Assembly (NCBI GenBank): GCA_024679065.1
Contig: JAGIQG010000016.1
Location: forward strand, 9,672,001 to 9,736,000
Direction of reading: 5' to 3'
Origin: Sphyrna mokarran
Lineage: Eukaryota
DNA: 64,000 bases
Part shown: positions 1 to 13,262 of the stretch, in pieces
Layout of the letters: the number at the start of each line of letters is the position of its first letter
How positions within the stretch are numbered: position 1 is the stretch's first letter
The notes under the pieces: generated by a model
The model's input: only the letters and a program-made list of their open reading frames with translations
Told to the model about the DNA's origin: nothing
The model's database searches: none
Made by a program: the position numbers and the translations under genes

Positions 1-305
1 AAAAACTAGAACTTGAGGGAACAGTCTCAGGCTAAAGGGACAATCTTTATGACTGATTTGTGGATTAATTTCTTCAGCTGGAGATTGATGAATCCATGGA
101 TCTCTTTGTGGCAGAAGTTTTTAGAGGCCAGGTTTTTGAGCGTTTTAAGATAAAGATAGATTGAATCTTAATTAATAAACGAATCATGAGTTTGGGGGGA
201 ACGGCAGAAGAATAGGAATGAGAAAATATGTCAGTCATGACTGAATGGCGGAAAAGACGCGATGGGTCGAGTAACCTAATTTGCTATGTGTTATGGTCTT
301 ATGGT
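1..305 (+). mobile_element. CR1 LINE 3' end fragment
   Basis: Degenerate CR1 ORF2 C-terminus (agaacttgagggaacagtctcaggctaaaggg...ttcttcagctggagattgatgaatc), followed by a 3' UTR ending in a ttatggtcttatgg tail. Confidence 0.75.
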
Positions 306-2859
306 TTTAAAATGCTTCTGGGTAAATCAGATCAGTGGATTGGAGGGCTAGCGTCTCCATCCATTCCAGGTCACCAGTGTCGTTTTTTTTACCATTTGAA
401 GGACGGACTTCCCTAGATACTTTCTTACATGTAATAGCCTGAGTAAAAAAAAAAGGAACTGGCACTGCTCAAAACCTAACACTGAGTCGGCTCAGCAACG
501 AATGACAGCGATCTGCTGTCAATGACTGTATTAACTATTTTACGTCAAAGAAAATGGGGGACAGTGGAATTATGTGGTTGTATTTTAATGACAATAACCA
601 GCAAGATTTCTTGGAAAGCCAAAGCAATACCTGGGTCTCATTGACCATGGTTGATTCCATTGAGAGAGAGAGAGAGAGAAACCAAATCAATCGGAGACAT
701 TGAGTTTTGATGCGATTGCATTTTTGGTTTCCTACCGATCAGTGTTGTACGGGTGTATGGAAAATATGTATAGTGTGCATGAAGTGGTTTTGCCTTCCAA
801 CACACCAATTTTTCATTCATAATTAACTATCCCCGGGAAGAGTATGAAGTGTATTAGAAGGTCAGCTAGTAAATCATCTATCTAAAAACTCAGGTAAATT
901 TATGTTACACTTCCAAATCACCCCACATAAGATCATCCTCTATTTCCCCAACGAGTCATAGTTCTTTCTCCAGAGGCACCTGTTTTTTTTTCTCGTTTCA
1001 CAACTCATGGGGTTGATGGATCACCCGTGCACAAAACTTGCCAGATGATTAGTGCTGCTTATTGGCTTTCCATGTATTCCATGCTCTGTTCATTATCCCG
1101 CTTCGAGTGCCCAATCTCGGCCACCATCAGCTCCTAACTCACCCTGCCCCCAACCGGAACCCTCCCAACTTTTACTCCATGTCTGCCTACGTTATGGCAA
1201 ACACTTTGACTTTATCCATGATTCTGTACCAACTCTTGCCGGAAGATAGGCTTGCTTTTTCTGGAGGCAGTTTTTCTTATGAACAGGAATAAGCTGTGGG
1301 GAAACATTTAATGATGCTGAGCAGCAAAGAACAAGATTAAGCCCGAAGTCAGACTAAGTGATTCAATCCGTCACGAAGCCATTGTTAATCGCAAGATTAT
1401 GTTTCTTTCTTTTCTACCTTAACGTCCATGGACAGAACATTGGGATGATTTTTACCGTCACGTTGCGCCTATTCGAGTATAAAATATGGTAATAACGGCT
1501 TAAGGTGATAGCGCGTTTATGCCTATTGTGAGATCCCTTCCTACTTTACGAAGGGAAATATATCATCGCGATCGGGGCACGCTGAGCAAGAGCATAGCAT
1601 TAATTTAAATATGTTTTCCATGCAACTTTATTCAATGAGCGAGCTGCACATCACAATTTAGCAGCACGCTTGCCTTTACTAATGTGTTCGTCCAATCCGG
1701 ATAGGCGTGGTTCGATATCGCTTTTTAAAGGGTCATTTTTACCGTCACGTTGCATCCGAGTTCGGAAAAATCAAAGCTTGATACGATTCATGTAATGCGC
1801 GCCCGTTTTCACTCCTGCTCGACTTTACCAAGAGAGAAAATAATGTACGATCGGAAGCCTGCCCAAAACGGGTGCGGCGGTAACTTAAAAAAACAAAAAA
1901 AAACGTTTGTGTTCATGCAATTAGTAAGCTGCACGTGCCAATTTATTCGTGTCAGTGTATTTCCCACCATGTTTGCCCAACCGATATCTGATTGCAAAAG
2001 ACTTCCTCTTTTGGCGGATTCTGGCGCTCCATCATTTATTGTTAGTGAGGTGGCAAGTGCCCAGTGTATGTCGGTCATCTCCTGCTTATAGGATGTCATT
2101 ACATAGCGGCCATGTTGCTGACTGGGCAGATCTGTGAGTGTGTTGATGGTGAGAGTAGTTGCTGTTCACAGTGTTCGTTTTCTGGATTTCAGCATAGACC
2201 CGGGCCTCACTGCCATCCTTGGGATTGGGATGCTGCTGGGTTTCAAGGGCGTGCAGCACCCTCTTTGGGTAAAGCATTTGCTGAAAAAAAAATCTTTCGT
2301 ATGGCAGTGTTATCGCCAGAGGAAATTTCAAGAAACAACGTCTTTGATCATTACTGCCTGAGTTCTGGGTGTACGTTAGTGTTCAAAGGACGGAGGTGGA
2401 AGGGGGTCATGTGTTGCTGGAGGGGCTATTCAATTAATCAGACACAGCTAACGGTATGGCTGCGGGAATATGTGGTTTCTGTTGATGTGAGCTGCATTGG
2501 AACCTGAGGTGGTAGTGTTGCTGGGAGTCTGTTTCGAGGTTGGAGGTGGAGGGGGCGTGGGCAGTGGATTAAAGGGCTGCGGGTGTAATGACCTTTTTGT
2601 TGATGAGAAGCTCTGTGTTTCACATAGGGGCTGTTTGATGGTAGTGTCTTGTTATGCTGGAATACTGTGGGGAATTAGAGTTTCTGATACTGGCAGGATG
2701 TAGGGAAGAAGGAATATATTATAGAGGAGGCTTAGACATTAATACACGAAGGTGTAGAGAGAAACAGCCACCAGAGGCAGGAAGTGGTTATCTCCGAGTT
2801 GTGGGGTACAGGGAAAAATGGAATGGAGACCCCGCCTGTTTGGCTCAGGATTGTCAGGA

Positions 2860-3690
2860 TTGTGTTTGAACAGATGCCGGAAACCAGGCGATACCGACGA
2901 CTCCGAATCTGAGAGGTGACACCTCAACACCTACGCTACTTGTTATTATTCCTGCACCTGGGTGTGGAGTGTGAGAGAGAAACTCACTCTCGGTGGTTGT
3001 GAAATTGACAGCTGTCTTCATTAGTATGTATTCGGGTCGTTTCAGATTCCAAGTTAAGGTGTGTCTGGTAATTCACACCAACCATTCACAATTTTGTTCA
3101 TCGATCCTGTATGCCTGGGTAGGCCAGTAACTTAGTTTCGAACTGGACCATGCGCAGCAAGAAGCCTGGGGCTGCAGGATACACGGCCATTGCAGGGATG
3201 TCTCATTTGCAGAGGCTCGGAAGACTTCACTCACGACCCTGTTTCAGAATTCATAACAATCCATTCATGGATTGTGTTCTATTCCATAACAATTGGTGTG
3301 TGATCATAAGTTAAGCATCACTCACGTCTGTGCAACACATCCCACCGCTGAGAATGAGAGATTAATATTGAGCAACTAGATATATTGGATGTCTTAAAAA
3401 AAAGAATCCAGTTTACAGTGATGGATAGTGGGTGATATCGGGATCTGCTTTGAAATTCGCTCATAAAGCCTGTCCAGAGGCCTGAAACTAAAATGGAGAC
3501 CAGTGTAACGAGGCCCACGTTGCCGCCCGTACAGTCGTGGAGAGATGCAGACGGCTCCTCAAAACGTGGCTCTGGTGCTTGGTGTACCGCCATGACCCTA
3601 CAATATGCTACTTGATTTTGTTTCACATTGTCCTTGTGGACTATGTCTTTCACAATCTGATTCAACAGCGAAGAGATATTTAGGGAACTG
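2860..3690 (+). pseudogene. Harbinger (HARBI1-like) DDE transposase pseudogene
   Basis: Manual translation across frameshifts gives FEQMPETRRYRRLR, LSVVVKLTAV..SGRF, AAGYTAIAGMSHLQ, QLVCDHKLSITHVCATHP, WIVGDIG, NEAHVAARTVVERCRRLLKT and VFHNLIQQRRD. These match the canonical Harbinger motifs (LPVAVKVTAALNFYATGSFQ, QLVCDH..HVCARYPGS, WLLGDKGY, NEAH..TR..ERCIGLLK, LHN) in the expected order. Confidence 0.85.
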
Positions 3691-5156
3691 TATGTCTAAC
3701 AATTGCTCTGATGAAACCATGTGAACAGAAAAAAATAAAATGATTAAACATGTACCTAACCATTGTTTCCCTTCGCCCGTCCATCTTAGTGCAACGACAA
3801 CTTCTTAACATGACGTTGCCTACGAATATGTCTTGGTGTCTCCCAAGAAAGTACATCAGAGGAAAAGGGGGCTAGTTGCCTAACTAGGACCCGGCTATGA
3901 TTTCCTTGGAGGGCGTTTTCTGGAGGGCCTGGGCCATTTGGGCGCTGTCCTGCTTCCAGGTATATGTGAAATATCCATGGCATGTTCTTCATCCACCACC
4001 CACGAGGTGCCCCGATGTTAATAAAGAGGGAATCAGAATATATTGCCTCGGGCACAGTCTCTTAATTCGAATTTTCTGGCATTGTGTTGAATTCTTCCTC
4101 CTCTCTCGGATGTCCTGTGTATCCCGGGGTCATTTGATGAGGCGTTGACACTTCAACAATGTCAACGTCATCTGGACATGGCAGTCCTGGAAGATTACCT
4201 ATGTTCCACCCACAATGGCTCAACACTTTGTGATGGCCATCTATGTCTGTCACCTCTTGTTAGTGGTTGCAGGAAGAACCTCTGAGACTTGGTCATGCTC
4301 TGCTGTCATTTTCTTCAGTGACTGGGTCATATTCTCAAGGGCTGATGCCGTTTTTTTTTCTCACAACTATCCCGATATTTTTTTTTTTCAAACTTTCGAG
4401 CATGTGAATCGTATGCTGCAGAACTTGGTAATTTGAAGTATTTGGTAATCAGGGACTAGAAGCGTGTCGAGTGCTGCGTGGAAAATCTGGGCTGCTTTGG
4501 GGGAAGAGGCCACATAGAGTTCAACACTCAATCATGTTGCCTTGATGATGATTCTGACCTGCGTGTCGCTCTGCTTCCCTGTTCTGTGGGCCAAAGCCGT
4601 GACATTAGCATAGGTAGCCATGCTCTCCCGAGCAGCTTTGTCATCAGTTCGCCTGAGATTTGTTGTGCTTATTCCGCTTCCGCAAATCTGGGGTCCTGTC
4701 TTCAGCGGATTTTTCTTTTTTTGCTGTCGTGCCTGCCCGTCCATTAATCATTTCTTTTATATGTGTAGAGCTGCCGCTTGTTAGGGCTGGTCAGTAGAAG
4801 GCAAGTTTGAAAGAACCACAAGAAAGTCCATCGCAATTTGCTTGTTCCCATTGAGCAGAAATAAGAACGTGCAGTTGTGCTACTGGTGGCATGGGGGATG
4901 TGCACCTCTCGGATAATTGTCGATAGAGGGAAGAAAGGGAAATTTCAGATAGCCATCGTACCAAGGGGAAAGACAGCTATGTGCTTCTGTGTCCGTGGTG
5001 TGTTGGGAGAGATTGTAGGTTCTCTGCCTGCGATCAGCGTGGGGAGACGAAACGCTACCACTCTGAAATCTATGTTGGGCTCTCTCACACTGCGGTCATC
5101 GGTGAAGCAACATGATCAGCCTGGGTAACAGGACAGTGATCGGGGCTGTACTTGGT

Positions 5157-5179
5157 GGGGGGGGGGGGGGGGGGGGGGG
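5157..5179 (+). repeat. poly-G tract
   Basis: Run of about 23 G seen directly. Confidence 0.95.
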
Positions 5180-6500
5180 AAGGATAGGGCGATAAGGCAG
5201 AGGAGGATGTTGTGTGGAGTCCAAATTGGGTGTGGAGAGGCCTTATCTTTCAAAGGAGTGAGCTGGCACGGGAACCAACTTATCTGTTTTTTTTTAGACT
5301 CTGCGCTCACGCAGCTGAAGGCTCCAATCGGAGCTGCAGGCATTCGGGCGAGCTGAGTTCCACTCACATGCATCTCACTGGTGAAACGGACTCGCACAAA
5401 TTGTTGCAGAAAGATTTTCTATGACGGGATTGTGAATGGTGGGGAAGGCGGGTCGGCGCGGGTGGTTGGAGGTGGGAGTGGGTGTGGAATGGTTCGGCGT
5501 GGGGAGAAGGTGATAAAAATGTGCAAAACAAAAGATTTGAAACTCTCCCAGATTGAAGACTGCCCGAACGTCGACAAACAATCGTTAAAATACCATCCAT
5601 TATGTTTCCTGAAAGACTTGCAATTTTGCAAAATATTCCAAAATTCCACTATGTTCCCCTTTCCCCTGCACTATGCAGCGTCAGTTTGATTCCAGAGAGC
5701 TTAAGGGTTGGTTAGCTTTCATGTTTATGTTGAAAGCTGTCCATTTTATTCAGAAAATGCTATTCTCGTGTGTGGGAAGATCTCTGAAATTTCTGATAGT
5801 TATAACGAAAAGGTGGCATCACCCTCAACCTTTTTGGACGATTGTGGGTTCTTATTAGCCATTTATTCCTGTCATACACCATTAGATATACAATCGACAT
5901 ACTTGCTGCTTTTCCTGAGAAGGCATGAGCATGAGACTCAAAGTGGTGTTGCAGTGACGGCTCCATTCCGTTGTGATTGTTCTCTTTGAGAGGCATTTGA
6001 CCTGACAACTGTTCATCGGTCTAGGAAGGTCTATGCTACCTTAAATAAAGTGAAAACTATGGCAGTCAAGATAGATGGCTTTCCAATATGTTTGGAATCA
6101 CTTTACAAATGCTTCTCATCCTGCATCACCAATTTCTTCCAGAATCTGAAACTGTACTTGTCCCACAAATTCGAAAATCTTTTTCCAACTATTTTGGACA
6201 GAAAATAATTCATTGGAGCGATCGTTGAGTTAGTTGCCCCCAGAGGGATGCAATATATTTGAGCAATCATGTTTTGTTGCTCATTTGGATTTGTTTTTTT
6301 TTGTCATTTAGATAACCCCTGTATTTCTTCGCATTACGAATTGTTGATCGATAAATCGTTTCAAAGGAACAAGTGTATTCATAGCATCAATCATTTAGAA
6401 AAAAAAATCGGCCAGCGATAGAGCAGAAAATGCTGAAGCTCGAATTGAGCATGTCGTAAAATTCCGAACGATTGTCAGCAAACATTGTATAGTCTTTCAG

Positions 6501-6515
6501 GGACAACGCGTTTAG
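6501..6515 (+). CDS. Candidate 15-nt micro-exon (phase 1-1; xTTRL)
   Basis: gtctttcag|GGACAACGCGTTTAG|gtaagt. Perfect donor, length divisible by 3. Confidence 0.45.
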   Translation, partial: GQRV

Positions 6516-6909
6516 GTAAGTCTCATCTTCATGACTGCGTATTTGCTCTTCACGTGAGTATTTTAATGAATACCCGCATCATGTCATTGACAGAACAGTA
6601 CTCTTGCGAATTTCGTGTTCTGTTGCATCACACGGAGAGTGCGTTAGACAACTTAATCCTAAGTTTCTGACAGGACAATATCTCTTCCTTTAAGGTGAAG
6701 ACATGTATTTTCTTTTTTCTTGCACCTGTTAATAATTTGCCAGAATTTTGTCAGTGTCTCGTCGCAAATGATCTTTGAGACTGCTTAATAATTGATTCTG
6801 AGTATGGGACAACCTTTTATATGTTATCAGAGATATGGAAGTTAACACATATTTTCCTATTCCAAGAACACCAGTGCATAAACCGTATCTGCTTACTTGG
6901 CTTCCTTTA

Positions 6910-7193
6910 ACGTTTATGTATTAGTAAGAGAGAAGGCTTATAGTCACACTGCAATGAACAATCCCTAGTTGTCACAGAGTGGCGTCGGTTTACTGAGGGA
7001 GAATCTGGCATGGCCAATGCAACTAACCTGCATATAGTTGGGGCGTCACAGTGCCAGAACACTCGGAGAAAACGCAAGCAGACATGGCGAGAAGATGCAA
7101 TTCCTTTAGAGAGCATAACCCAAGCCTGGGATCGAACCCGGGTCCATGGCGCTGTGAGGCAGCAGTGCTAAAAAATGTGCCACCGTGTCACCC
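6910..7193 (-). mobile_element. HE1/V-SINE-type tRNA-derived SINE
   Basis: The minus strand begins gggtgacacggtggcaca...agcactgctgcctcacagcgccatggacccgggttcgatccc (A-box-like, B box GTTCGATCC), followed by the V-domain core. Confidence 0.85.
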
Positions 7194-7439
7194 CCCAGTG
7201 ATGCTAACATGAGCAATCTCTGGAACGTCGTTCGTTTCAGCCATTGAAGACAAACATTTTTTTTTTCCTTTAACTCGTCACGAATTGTCGATTCTGTGAC
7301 AAACATACCATAATTGCTAGCCTAAGTCACGTAATCTTTAGGACTGCACTGTGTCATTGAGGGTTACAGCAAATAAACTCGCCCTCTGGCACAAGTTATC
7401 CACGCCCCTCTTTTTAACGACCAGGCTAGTTACAAATGC

Positions 7440-8690
7440 CAAAGCTTGGGAAAATTCATCTATAACCATGATATCTTCTATTTTAAGATCTCCCTACCTT
7501 TTTTGAAAAAAAAAGTAGACTATCTAGTTTATCCATGCTCCACATTATTTTGTAGACCTCTACAAGATCATCCCTCAGTTTCAACGCTCCAGAGGGAAAA
7601 ACATGTCTCAGTCTGTGCATCCTCTCTTTATTGTTCAAACCATCAAATCTTAGAAGTGTCCAAATAAATATTTTATCCAGCCTTTTCAGCTTAATAATAT
7701 TCTTGCTAGAACAGGGTGAACAGACCTGTAAACAGTATTCCAAGTGTAACCATACTCATGTCTTGTAGAATTTCATTAAGATGTCCCAACTCCTGCATTT
7801 AATGTTCTGGCTAATGAAAGCATGCCAAATACTGTTTTTTTCCCTCTCTGTCCAACTATGACTCCACTTTCAAGTTATTATTAACATGTGCCTCTAAATC
7901 TCTTTGTTCTGTCCTTCTCCCCAACGCCCTATCATTAACTGAATAAGTCCTGGCCTTGGTTCGATATCCCAAAACGCATCACAGCACATTTTTATAAATT
8001 AAACGCCTTTGCCATTCGTCAGCCCACTGGCCCAAATGATGAACACACAGTTGCTGCCCGCGATATCCTTCTTCATTTTCTACTATCCAGTGTCATCTGC
8101 AAACCTTCGAGTTATTCCTCCTAAATTATCATCAACATCATTAATACAGATCGGGGTGGCGGCGCGGGCTCGTTGGGCCGAAGGGCCTGTTTCCCGTGCT
8201 GTTTCGTTCTTTGTTCTTTGTTCAGATGACAAATAACAGTCAATCCAACGCCAATCCCCGAGGCACACCGCTGTTCAAACTTTTCCACAACCACACTCTA
8301 GCTTCTGTCATCAAGCCGGTGATGTATTCATTCAGCTACCATACGCTTTACCCAAGAGATTCAAAGCTAAGCAGCCTCCTGCCATGCGATATCTAGTTAA
8401 AGGCCTTGCCAAAGTCCATGTAGATAAAATCAGCTGCACTGCCGTCTTTGACCTTCCTGGTTCCCGCAGCAAAACATCAAACAAGTTTTTGAGACATGAT
8501 TTTCCACTCACAAAGCATGACTGACTTCCCTAATTCCTCCATGCTTCTCTAAACGACTGAAGATTCTGTATCTCAAAATATCTTCTAACAACTTAGCCAC
8601 TGCAGATGTGAGGCTCAGCAGCAAATAGTTCCCGGGCTTTTCCCTGCAATCCTTCCTAAAGAAAGGCATACCATGTTTTACCATGCAAAA
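7440..8690 (-). mobile_element. CR1 LINE ORF2 3' part (degenerate), interrupted at 8150-8222
   Basis: Minus-strand peptides INDVDDNLGGITRRFADDT, EYCLQVCSP and LKLRDDLVEVYKIM. Confidence 0.85.
8150..8222 (+). mobile_element. 3' tail fragment of SINE/CR1 (same family as 37967 and 53424)
   Basis: cggggtggcggcgcgggctcgttgggccgaagggcctgtttcccgtgctg...gttctttgttctttgtt is the near-exact reverse complement of the start of 37967-38030. Confidence 0.8.
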
Positions 8691-9720
8691 TTATCCCTTA
8701 CGTCTCATTTGTAACTATTCCCCAGCGCCTTAAGATATTTCCTTCCTCTCGTAGCGAACAGTTCAGCACTGGGAAATAGCCTCTGGGAACCCACCCGATC
8801 TATACCACTCAACATCTTATAAACCTCTATCCGGTTACCTCTCATTCTTCGTCTCTCTAAGACCAAGTTCCCTCAACCTACCCCATAAGGCATGCCATCC
8901 AATCCAGACAACATCCTTGTAAATCTCCTCTACACCCTTCCAATAACTTCAATATTTGTCTTGTAATGAGTCGACCAGAAATGCGCATAATGCTTCCAGT
9001 GGGGTCTGAGAAGGGGTCTATACTGCTAAGATTCTTACACTTGATATTATACTCCTTCAACCCATTTGACCTACCAAAATGGCCCACTACACATTTATCC
9101 GGTTCGAAACCCACCTGCCACTTCTCTGCCCAGTCTTTTGTCGGATATAAGCCACACTGCAACTTTTGACATCTCTCCAGACTATCCACAACACCACCAA
9201 CGTCTGTGTCGTCGACAAACTTATAACCCATCCCTCCACTTCCTCACCCAGTTCATTTGTGAAAATTAAAAACAAAAAGGGTTCCAGAACAGATCCTTGG
9301 GGCACTTCATTGGTAACCGACCTCCATGCAGAAAAAAGATCAATCAACAACCACTCTCTGCCTTCTATGGACAAGACAGTTCTGTATTCCATAGGCGACA
9401 GCCCCATGGATCCCGTGCCCTCAGGAAGTCCTCTGTAACTATTCCCCAGCACCTTAAAATATTTTGTTCTTCTCCTATGGACGTATTGTTAAAGTCCATA
9501 TACAACACATCTACCGCTCTTCATCCTTCCATGTGTTTAGCCACATTTTCAAGGAACTCAATCAGCCTGGTAAGACACGAGCTGCCCTTGACAAAGCCGT
9601 GCTATTTTTGAGCATACTAAACTTCTCTAAATATTCAGAAATCCTATCCTTTAGGATCCTCTTCATCAACATACCAACAACTGAGGTTAGACTTACCGGT
9701 TGGTAATTACTGGTGATTTT
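8690..9720 (-). mobile_element. CR1 LINE ORF2 RT fragment with internal deletion
   Basis: Peptides WRSVTNEVPQGSVLEPFLFLIFTNELGEEVEGW and KFVDDTDVGGVVDS..WAEKWQVGFEPDKCVV. Confidence 0.9.
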
Positions 9721-9869
9721 GTCTGCCAAAACCAGCTGTCAGCTCACTTTATTGAATGAGTTTAATCTTTTTCATTCTTTCCATTACACGTATGCGTTTT
9801 CGTTTCATTCTGATTATTTCCAGCTTCCAATGTTGTTTGTAATTCATTGGCATGCATAGAGGATCGGTT

Positions 9870-10912
9870 AACTGACCAAAATAAAGGAGCGTGATTTTTT
9901 TCTGTTTTGTGATTGGCGATCAGAGGCTAAAGATATGCCTCAGGGATCATTGTTGAGACCACAATTGTTTACGATTTACATAGACGATTTTGAGTTGGAA
10001 ATCAAATGTAGTGTCAAAAATCGCGGCTGTCACTAAGGTGAGTGACAGAGCAACATGAGCTGAGGACGCAGAAAATCTGCAATGGGATATAGGCAGTCTT
10101 ATTGAATGGCGAGGGTCTGGCAGATGAATGCAAGATCATTCATTTTGCTAATAATAACAGCAAAATTGACTACTATTTCAATCGTAAAACACTGCAGCAT
10201 GCTATTGTGAAGAGGAGTTGATTGTTCTTGTGCAAGACCCTCAAACAGTCGGTTTGCAGGTGCAGCAGGTAATGAAGGAGACAAATGGAATTCTCAATTT
10301 TTAGAGGAATGACGTCATTTTGCAGCTGTGTAAGGTGCTAGTGAGACCACACTTGCAGTACTGTGTACAGATTTGGTTTTCTTAATTGAGAAATGATATA
10401 CCGCCGCTGGTTGGTTTGCAGAGGAGATTCATTAGATTGGTTCTGACATTGAGAGAGTTGGTTCATGAGGACAAACTGAGTCCACTGGGGTTATACTCAT
10501 TAGAATTCAAAAGAATGAGGGGAGATGTTATAGAAACGTATAACATTATGAAGGGAATAGATGCAATAGCGACAGAGAAATTGTTTCTACTGGTGGGTGA
10601 AACTCGAACATGAGGAGATAACTTCAACATAAGTGAAATCCTATTTAAGACTGAGCTGAGAAGGAACTTCTTCATGCAAACGATTGTGAATCTCTGCAAC
10701 TCACCGACCAGTAGAGGAGTTCAGGTTACGACATTGAATGTTTTTAAGACGAGGATTGATTTTTCTTTGAACAATAAAGAAATTAAAGGTTATGACGATC
10801 GGGTGCGTAAGTCGAGCTGAGTCCACAAAATAGATCAGCCATGATTTTACTGAAAAGTGGAACAGGTTCGAGGAGTCACGTGCCCTATACCTTATCATAG
10901 CTTATGTTCTTA
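9870..10912 (+). mobile_element. CR1 LINE RT to 3' end
   Basis: PQGSLLRPQLFTIYID motif and LQRRFIRL..LGLYSLEFKRMRGDVIETYNIMKG, ending in a cttatgttctta tail. Confidence 0.9.
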
Positions 10913-12068
10913 AACTTACCCTTTCAAAAAATGTCAACTCCCTTTCTAACTTTATGTTGTGTAATCGCCAGTTTCTTTCTGAACCAATGTTATGTCATTC
11001 TTAAGTTTGACAACAGTGCATCCCATTATACAAACAATCTACAACTCTATTGTCAATTGTCATCATGAATTCGGCTGTCTGAGCTCAATTCGCTGCCTGG
11101 TACAATTCAAGTAAAACACTCAACATGCTAATAAGCACCCACAATTCCTAGGGGTTGCGTGTAATTATGTTTCATTAAATGCTTATCTCAGCAAACAATC
11201 TATTTTTCAAATGAACGTGCATTAAATCTGTGCGTTCCTTTTTGTCTATCCTGCTCTTTATCACATGAAATCCGACAAAAATTGCCATGCATTATCTATT
11301 GTTCCCGAGACCTGGTGGATTTTCTTGATTGTGTTGCATTTTTTTTTAATGTTCTGATATCTTTTTATAGATCTAGCATTTGTCTAATGTCAGGTGTTGA
11401 AGTTATTGGTGTGGATCAAGTTGCTTTATTTTCCCACCCTTTTCAGATTGTGGATTTAACGTTTGCAGTTTGAAAATATAAGGGATTATTCAATAATTTA
11501 AGCATTCGCATATATTTCAAATCTGCATCGTCCATTTCCGCATTAACTTCATTTACAACACTGACATGCACTGCATAATCCCCGAGGATCCTACTGGCCC
11601 ATAGCCGAATTCGATTTTCATTTTTTTCTTCTAAAGAAATAAATCTTGCATATGTGTGACAAGGTAGCATATACGCTGTTGAATAATCTATTCTTCTATT
11701 CAAAATACTCATTTTGAGAGACGAGAAACTGGAATAAGAGGGAATCTGTTCCACAGATCTTCGAATTGGTTCGATAATGGTGCAGGTGACAAAAATGCAT
11801 TAATTTCCCGAATTTTGCATACATGCTCTTAGATTTGTTGACACATACACTTTTTTGGTGAATTAATTTTAAATGCTATGCAATTCTTAACTGTTGGACA
11901 GATTATAATTGTGTGACACTGAAGCTACATCACAACTAAGGTCCATCTTCCTCCAGTGTTCTGATTTGAATTTCAATTTGATTCTTTGAATCAGTTGAAA
12001 TTTGCCTGTTGATCATAATCGAATGGAGAAGTTTTGCAAATTTCATTGCACTGCTTTTCCTTCCCCAG

Positions 12069-12089
12069 AATTGAACAGATATAAGACTG
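12069..12089 (+). CDS. 21-nt micro-exon (phase 1-1; ELNRYKT)
   Basis: cttttccttccccag|AATTGAACAGATATAAGACTG|gtaagg. Strong acceptor and donor; the phase-0 frame has a stop. Confidence 0.75.
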
Positions 12090-13262
12090 GTAAGGAAATG
12101 ATTAAGAATTTGTGATATTAATGTTTGATCCCGGAAGAAGCTGAGCCATGGTGGCATATGCTACTCTGTCATTTGCAGTAAGTAAATAGTAATGGAGAGT
12201 TCTATTTCAAAACGATGGAGTCCACGATTGCTGAACTACTAGAAAGGGAGGTGTCTTGCAGATGTAGGATTCATGTAAATGAGCAGCGTTTTATTTTACA
12301 TGTTCAATATACTATCCTGATTCACGATAAATGAAAGGCAAATAAATGAAAAAAAATGAGAGCGAATGACCTAAGACAGGAGAAAGTTGAATGCCCACAT
12401 CAGAGAAAAGGGCAGAAACAATAGACAGGTTTATGTTGATTTACAGATATCTGTCAGATTAAAGCGCTGTTGGCCAATTTATTTCTCCATTTCTGGTGTC
12501 ATCAAAGATGTATATATGCCTTGGTACATTCTTTGACATTTTGGCATTCAGTGTATTCTGCCCTCTGGTTGTTATTATGTTTTGTGTTTTCGTTTCCTTC
12601 TCTTTTGATGTTGGGGCACATCAATTCACAGATCTCTTGGGAATGTTTGATTTTTTGAGCGGCCACTCTATGTCACTGTGAAACATTCGGCCAGAGAAAT
12701 CAATGCCTTCGCAGCTGTTGGTTGTAACATTGCAGGCGGAGTGTTTTTTTTTTGGACCTTGTACCTAGAAGCAGATATGCAGATCCAACTATATAGTGTA
12801 TTGCTGTTCGACGTCGGGATGCATATCTTTTAATATCTGTTAATAATTTTGGCATCTCCATTGATCGCAGTCTGATAGTCCAAGTGATATTTATGTCACC
12901 ATGCTTGAGTTAATACATTTTTTTTATCCGCCTGGAGTTTAAAACTTCTGCCAGAAAACTCCACGACGAAAGTAACTTGCATGCATATTGATTTGTGTTG
13001 TTGTTAGTCTTATTTCTGTTTAATTCCGTTGTAAACTACGTACCGTTTATTTATTTCAATGCGCTTTCCTGTGTTATCGGGTATCAAATTTTACGAAATT
13101 GTGCGCACAATATGGAAGCAGACTAATACCACACTCAGAACCGTTCCACTAAAAATCACAAAATCACAGATGCAGGCTAGCAGACAGGAATACGATTTTA
13201 GAATGCAAATGAGAGCTAGTACACAGGAGGAGCTGGTCAGGAAGGCATCCCCAGTTGCTAAG

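Larger units (their letters stand above)
1440..5450. mobile_element. Decayed PIF/Harbinger DNA transposon (composite; boundaries approximate)
   Basis: Contains a HARBI1-type transposase remnant. The terminal-like sequence gg(a/g)t(g/c)atttttaccgtcacgttgc occurs twice (about 1443 and 1731). A possible Myb/SANT remnant (SLVKRTRTNCCRKIFYD) lies at about 5375-5425. Confidence 0.6.

Noticed and set aside
6673-6693. 21-nt AG..GT segment gacaatatctcttcctttaag
   Set aside because: It has an in-frame TAA in phase 1 and a weak donor (gtgaag).
7120-7193. tRNA-like A/B boxes
   Set aside because: These belong to SINE heads attached to V-core bodies; there is no cloverleaf tRNA gene.
11936-12157. Minus-strand ORF region with a perfect Kozak gccaccATGG
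   Set aside because: The Kozak ATG frame stops after 15 codons. The region is better explained by the plus-strand exon at 12069.
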